64,000 bases of DNA from Hormiphora californensis (taxonomy: Eukaryota; Animalia; Ctenophora): NCBI GenBank assembly GCA_020137815.1, contig CM035350.1, positions 7,502,001 through 7,566,000 of the forward strand, written 5' to 3'. Numbering within the stretch: the stretch's first letter is position 1; each line of letters opens with the position of its first letter. Below, in pieces: positions 60,185 through 64,000 of the stretch. The notes under the pieces were generated by a model, which worked only from the letters and a program-made list of their open reading frames with translations, did no database searches and had not been told where the DNA came from. The position numbers were made by a program, and so were the translations under genes.

Positions 60185-60306
60185 ATAACTCAGTCATTTC
60201 TTGGCCAATTTGCAAAATCGTGGGCTCATTGGAAAGAAGACAATGAGCTCTTACAAATGAGCCTTTCCAATGAGCCCAAGGTTTATAAAATTGGTCAAGA
60301 AATGGA
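60185..60306. mobile_element. Hairpin MITE remnant truncated by the adjacent LINE
   Basis: catttcttggccaattt...tgggctcattggaaag and ctttccaatgagccca...aaattggtcaagaaatg form inverted arms that end where LINE homology begins. Confidence 0.6.
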
Positions 60307-62143
60307 GTGTTTCCAACGATCAAGAATTCCTATGGGGACAAGGATTCTCTGACGAACTACCGACCGGTGTCTAATTTGTCGTTTATCTCCAAACTTCTGG
60401 AGAAGGTAGTTCTTGAGCAACTCAATGCTTATCTCACCACTAATGCACTTTTGAATAAACACCAATCTGGTTATAGGGTTGGTCATAGCTGTGAGACCCT
60501 TCTCATGGGAATGTTCGATGATCTTCTTCAAGAAGTGGATAAGGGTAATGTCATTGGCCTCTTTCTCCTTGATATGAGCGCTGCCTTTGACACGGTGGAT
60601 CATGGGAAGCTGAAGGATGTACTTGAGAGGAGGTTTGGAGTATGTGGATCTGCCCTAAAGTGGTTTTCTAGCTATCTTCAGTCGCGGAATTTCAGAGTCA
60701 ACGTTGGTGGAAAACTTTCGAGGATTATTGAGCTTGTTTGTGGAGTTCCCCAGGGATCTCTACTGGGGCCTGTCTTGTTCCTGTTGTATATTGAAGAGCT
60801 CCAGGATTTGATCAAGCCGTATGGTCTTCGGATCAAGTTGTATGCGGATGACTCCCAACTTTACATTAGTCTTGTACCTACGGATGAGGATAACTGGAAA
60901 CTGGCCAAAACGAGGATTGAGGGGTGTTTGTCAAGTGTGAAGGCGTGGATGAACGATCACTGGCTTAAATGTAATGAAGCGAAAACTGAGTTCCTGCTTC
61001 TTGGAAAGAGCAGTGCCCTGGATAAGATGGAATTTGTGCCTACTGTTGATTTTGGTGGTGTGGAGATTTCTCCGATGGAGTGTACAGGAAAGACAGGAAA
61101 AACACTTGGGGTTTACTTGGACACGAATCTATCTATGGAGAGACAGGTAAACAGCGTGAAGAGGCAGTGTGGAATGCTCTTGAAGAACCTGTGGCAGGTG
61201 AATCGCAGCCTGGATATTCCTACTAAAATCCTCCTGGTCAAGCAACTGATTGTTTCTCGGCTTGACTATTGCAACATCCTATACGCTGGATTGCCAAAGA
61301 AGCTTCTTGAAAGCCTTCAGAGGACATTGAACTCGTGTGTGAGGTTCATCTATAACCTTCATGGACATCAAGATGACTATTCTCAGTATCTTAAGGGCAC
61401 TCATATCCTACCTATGGAGCAGCGTGTGGAATTCAAGGCATGCTTGATGGCGTTTAAAATTGTTCATAACCTAGCCCCGGATTATCTCTGTGACCAAGTA
61501 CCAGTTGAGGACTTGGAGGCTGTTCGAACCACCCGTGGAACTGCAACGCCTGATCACTACAAGCTTAAGTATCCTAAGCTTTCGAGTATTAACGCCAACT
61601 CCAAGTTGAGAAGGAGGAGACCGTCTGTCTTCCTACCTGAAGTGTGGAATGAGCTCCCCCTGGAGCTTCGATCAGTTGAGTCAGTGGATCTGTTCAAGTC
61701 GAGGTTAAAGACAAGATTGTTTGTGGAAGCATTCGGAGCCAGCGGAGGATGAGGTTCCTTGTTTCGCCTGCTTTCATCAGGTATTTCGCCTAGCTTGTAT
61801 TTATTTTCTTTTGGTTCTGTTTTACCGCTCATGGTAAGGTTTTTATTGGCATTTTATAGCATTTTTTTCGAGTGAAGCACGAGTGGAAATGATATTTACA
61901 GACATTTTCTACCATCTAATGTGGACGTTTTTCCATATATATCAGTCTGTTATCTCATCTGGACAGTTATGTGAGCCGAGAGTGTTTAAATCAGTTTAAT
62001 TCAGTGTTTTGGGTCTACCATTTTTTGATATACGTCTTTAAGTAACCGCTCAGATCGCCTCTCAGTGTCAGTGTCAGTTCTACTACACTGGCCCTGTGAG
62101 GTAAGGGCGGCATATAAATAGACATATTATTATTATTATTATT
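60307..62143 (+). mobile_element. 5'-truncated L2/CR1-clade LINE with an uninterrupted RT frame (481 aa), 3' UTR and (ATT)n tail
   Basis: NYRPVSNLSFISKLLEKVV, LDMSAAFDTVDH, GVPQGSLLGPVLF, LYADDSQLY, SRLDYCN, WNELP; stop at 61752; tail ~62126-62143. Confidence 0.95.
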
Positions 62144-63191
62144 AAAGAGAGGTTGGTTGGTTGACCGTTGAGAAGGATCGTGAGTGAAAGAAATTGGATA
62201 AATTTGTTGAGTTAGCAAATACCAAGGATTACTGGCGGTGTGAACATATAGCATTTATGTTCATATGCTCATAAGAATTAGTCAGATCAATTAAACAAGG
62301 CAACATTATATGGTGTCAATCTTGTTGTCGCTCCTGACGAGGCTAAAGTTAGTTCTGAACAAATCGAGTTGGATGGATCCCAGGGATAGATAGATAGAGA
62401 GAAAGGGAGAGAGAAAGAGAGAGAGAGGGGGTTGATAGTTACTACAGGCAACCACACATATATACTGAGCTCTCTCATTAGATGATTGTGCTACAACCGT
62501 CTTTCTGAAAGGACGATGAGTGTGCTCCCCGATACAATATCATCTATAAGAAACGTGTAAAACAGATTTCAAACTGTGGCACATGGCAGCTACACATTTC
62601 AACCAGTCCTGTGGGAGAAATGAATCTATAACACACTACGCTCTGTGCTGGTATTGTATTAGATAATGGTCTAATGTATGTACTGTTATAGTAGTAATGG
62701 CGTTCTCTGCAGTACATTCGGAACTCTCTGAACTAAGTTTTTTGCTTCCGACTTGGAAACACGTACCAGTTAGATGATCTGAAAAGAAGGCAAAGTTTGA
62801 AATATCCCACAAAGATTACTAGATACCCGTCACCCGATACAGAATAACGGTCGCAGGAACACTCATGGACTGTCATTTTCCCAACGCAAGGTTGACAAAA
62901 GGTCGGTGACTCATGATGAGATGTGTGTCATGTTCAATAAAGATGGCAGTGACGTGTCAGCCATTGTTTAAACGACCCTGAAATGTAGGAGTGAAGTTGA
63001 GAAGTATGTTTTTGAGGGCAGCCACAACACCCAACTGTACTGAGAAACAAAGCAGCTCACGACCCTTTATTGTTTACAAACGCAAATTCACTCTACTTAG
63101 TAGAGTCTACTATACAGATATATATATATAGGACACTATACACGCAGACAGCTCAGCTCTAAAGTAGCACATAAAAGCGTTCATCACGTCT

Positions 63192-63613
63192 TTACTGTCG
63201 CGTGAGTAGCTGCAAAAATATGACACTTAGAAGGAGAATGACATTGATCGCTACTGACAAGCAACCACACACAGCATCTATAGTCTTATCATCGTCATTC
63301 ATGAATCTACCCTCCTCACACACAAAGTTATCAGTGGCATTTTTGTTTACACAGGTAGCAGTTACCAGCTCCCCCTCCTCAAACGTGGCCTTCATCGGAA
63401 CTACCGTTGCCCATTCCTCATCAGGGGCGTAGCACGTAGTCACTTGAGATTCGCACGCGGTAATGGTAGGTGAGAAAGACCCACTCTGGCATTCATGGTA
63501 GGTGGTAGAATTATCAGGACATTTGATAGTAACCTGCGCTCCATTATTAAAGGAGCTCTTGCTTGGATTAATAGTGCTGCCCGATCCAGCCTCGTTGTTA
63601 TACGTGCAGGAAA
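63192..63613 (-). CDS. Terminal exon of a small cell-surface protein: two short CCP-like Cys4 domains and a C-terminal hydrophobic (GPI-type) signal
   Basis: Acceptor ctccag at 63614-63619; reads SCTYNNEAG...VTIKC...ECQSGSF...ACESQVTTC...VTATC...FVCEEGRF...AVCGCLSVAINVILLLSVIFLQLLTRQ*. Confidence 0.7.
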
Positions 63614-64000
63614 CTGGAGGAATGGTTATCTGTTAGATTCACAAGGACACACATGATATGCATTGAAGCATTTCCACATATTCAGATAGAGACAGATCAG
63701 CGGCAATCAAAGCAAAAAAAAAGTTTCACACAGCAAGAAAAGACACGGATAGCAAGCAGAAACCACAACCAATGTGAGGTGTCATAATATATAATCAAAC
63801 CACAAAGATATAATATGCAGTGCACGATAGGTCGTGTTGCAAAGACCTGGAGATATTCATTAGGACACATGGCGACATGCAGATGTAGCAGGTGCTGTTT
63901 AAAGATTTAACCGCTAATTTCCCATGCTTCGCAATATGCATAATAATTTTCTGTAGCATGTAACAACACGAAATAATGCTGTTCAAACCTGTGGATCCTC

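Noticed and set aside
62470-62980. Possible small spliced minus-strand gene (DHLTGTCFQVGSKK..., DWLKCVAAMC...)
   Set aside because: Candidate exons could not be joined into a convincing ORF.

Overview
Eukaryotic (animal) genomic DNA with short GT-AG introns, many (GA)n/(TC)n microsatellites and dense small transposons. A ctenophore such as Pleurobrachia is my best guess, from recalling the 109-bp 'caggaaccgaccga...tcggtcggttcctg' MITE; this is not verified. The first ~2 kb looks error-rich, and isolated 1-bp indels interrupt otherwise conserved exons elsewhere. Contents in order: (1) a three-level nest of TIR element > TIR element > L2/CR1-type LINE (1955-8196); (2) a multi-exon DysF-type ferlin gene (minus, ~8.2-19.7 kb); (3) a HEAT-repeat gene (plus, ~20.6-21.8 kb); (4) a ~35-kb minus-strand gene (24135-58900) that I assembled by hand into one type-I membrane protein: signal peptide, propeptide, papain-family (C1A) protease whose catalytic Asn position is Gly, C-type lectin, ~20 CCP/Sushi domains (15 near-identical), two [CCPx3 / spacer with basic cleavage site / GCC2-GCC3 / CCP-like] modules, TM helix and a tail with sorting motifs; (5) three arginine-kinase-type phosphagen kinase genes on the plus strand inside a ~14-kb inferred intron of that gene, two single-domain and one contiguous two-domain enzyme that gains an MGCGSS acylation leader from a 30-nt micro-exon; (6) further LINE fragments, hAT-, Kolobok-, Merlin- and Tc1-like MITEs, minisatellites and a GPI-type two-CCP gene end. 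The protease-lectin-CCP membrane protein and its nested kinase cluster are the most notable signals. All exon joins are manual inferences without transcript data.
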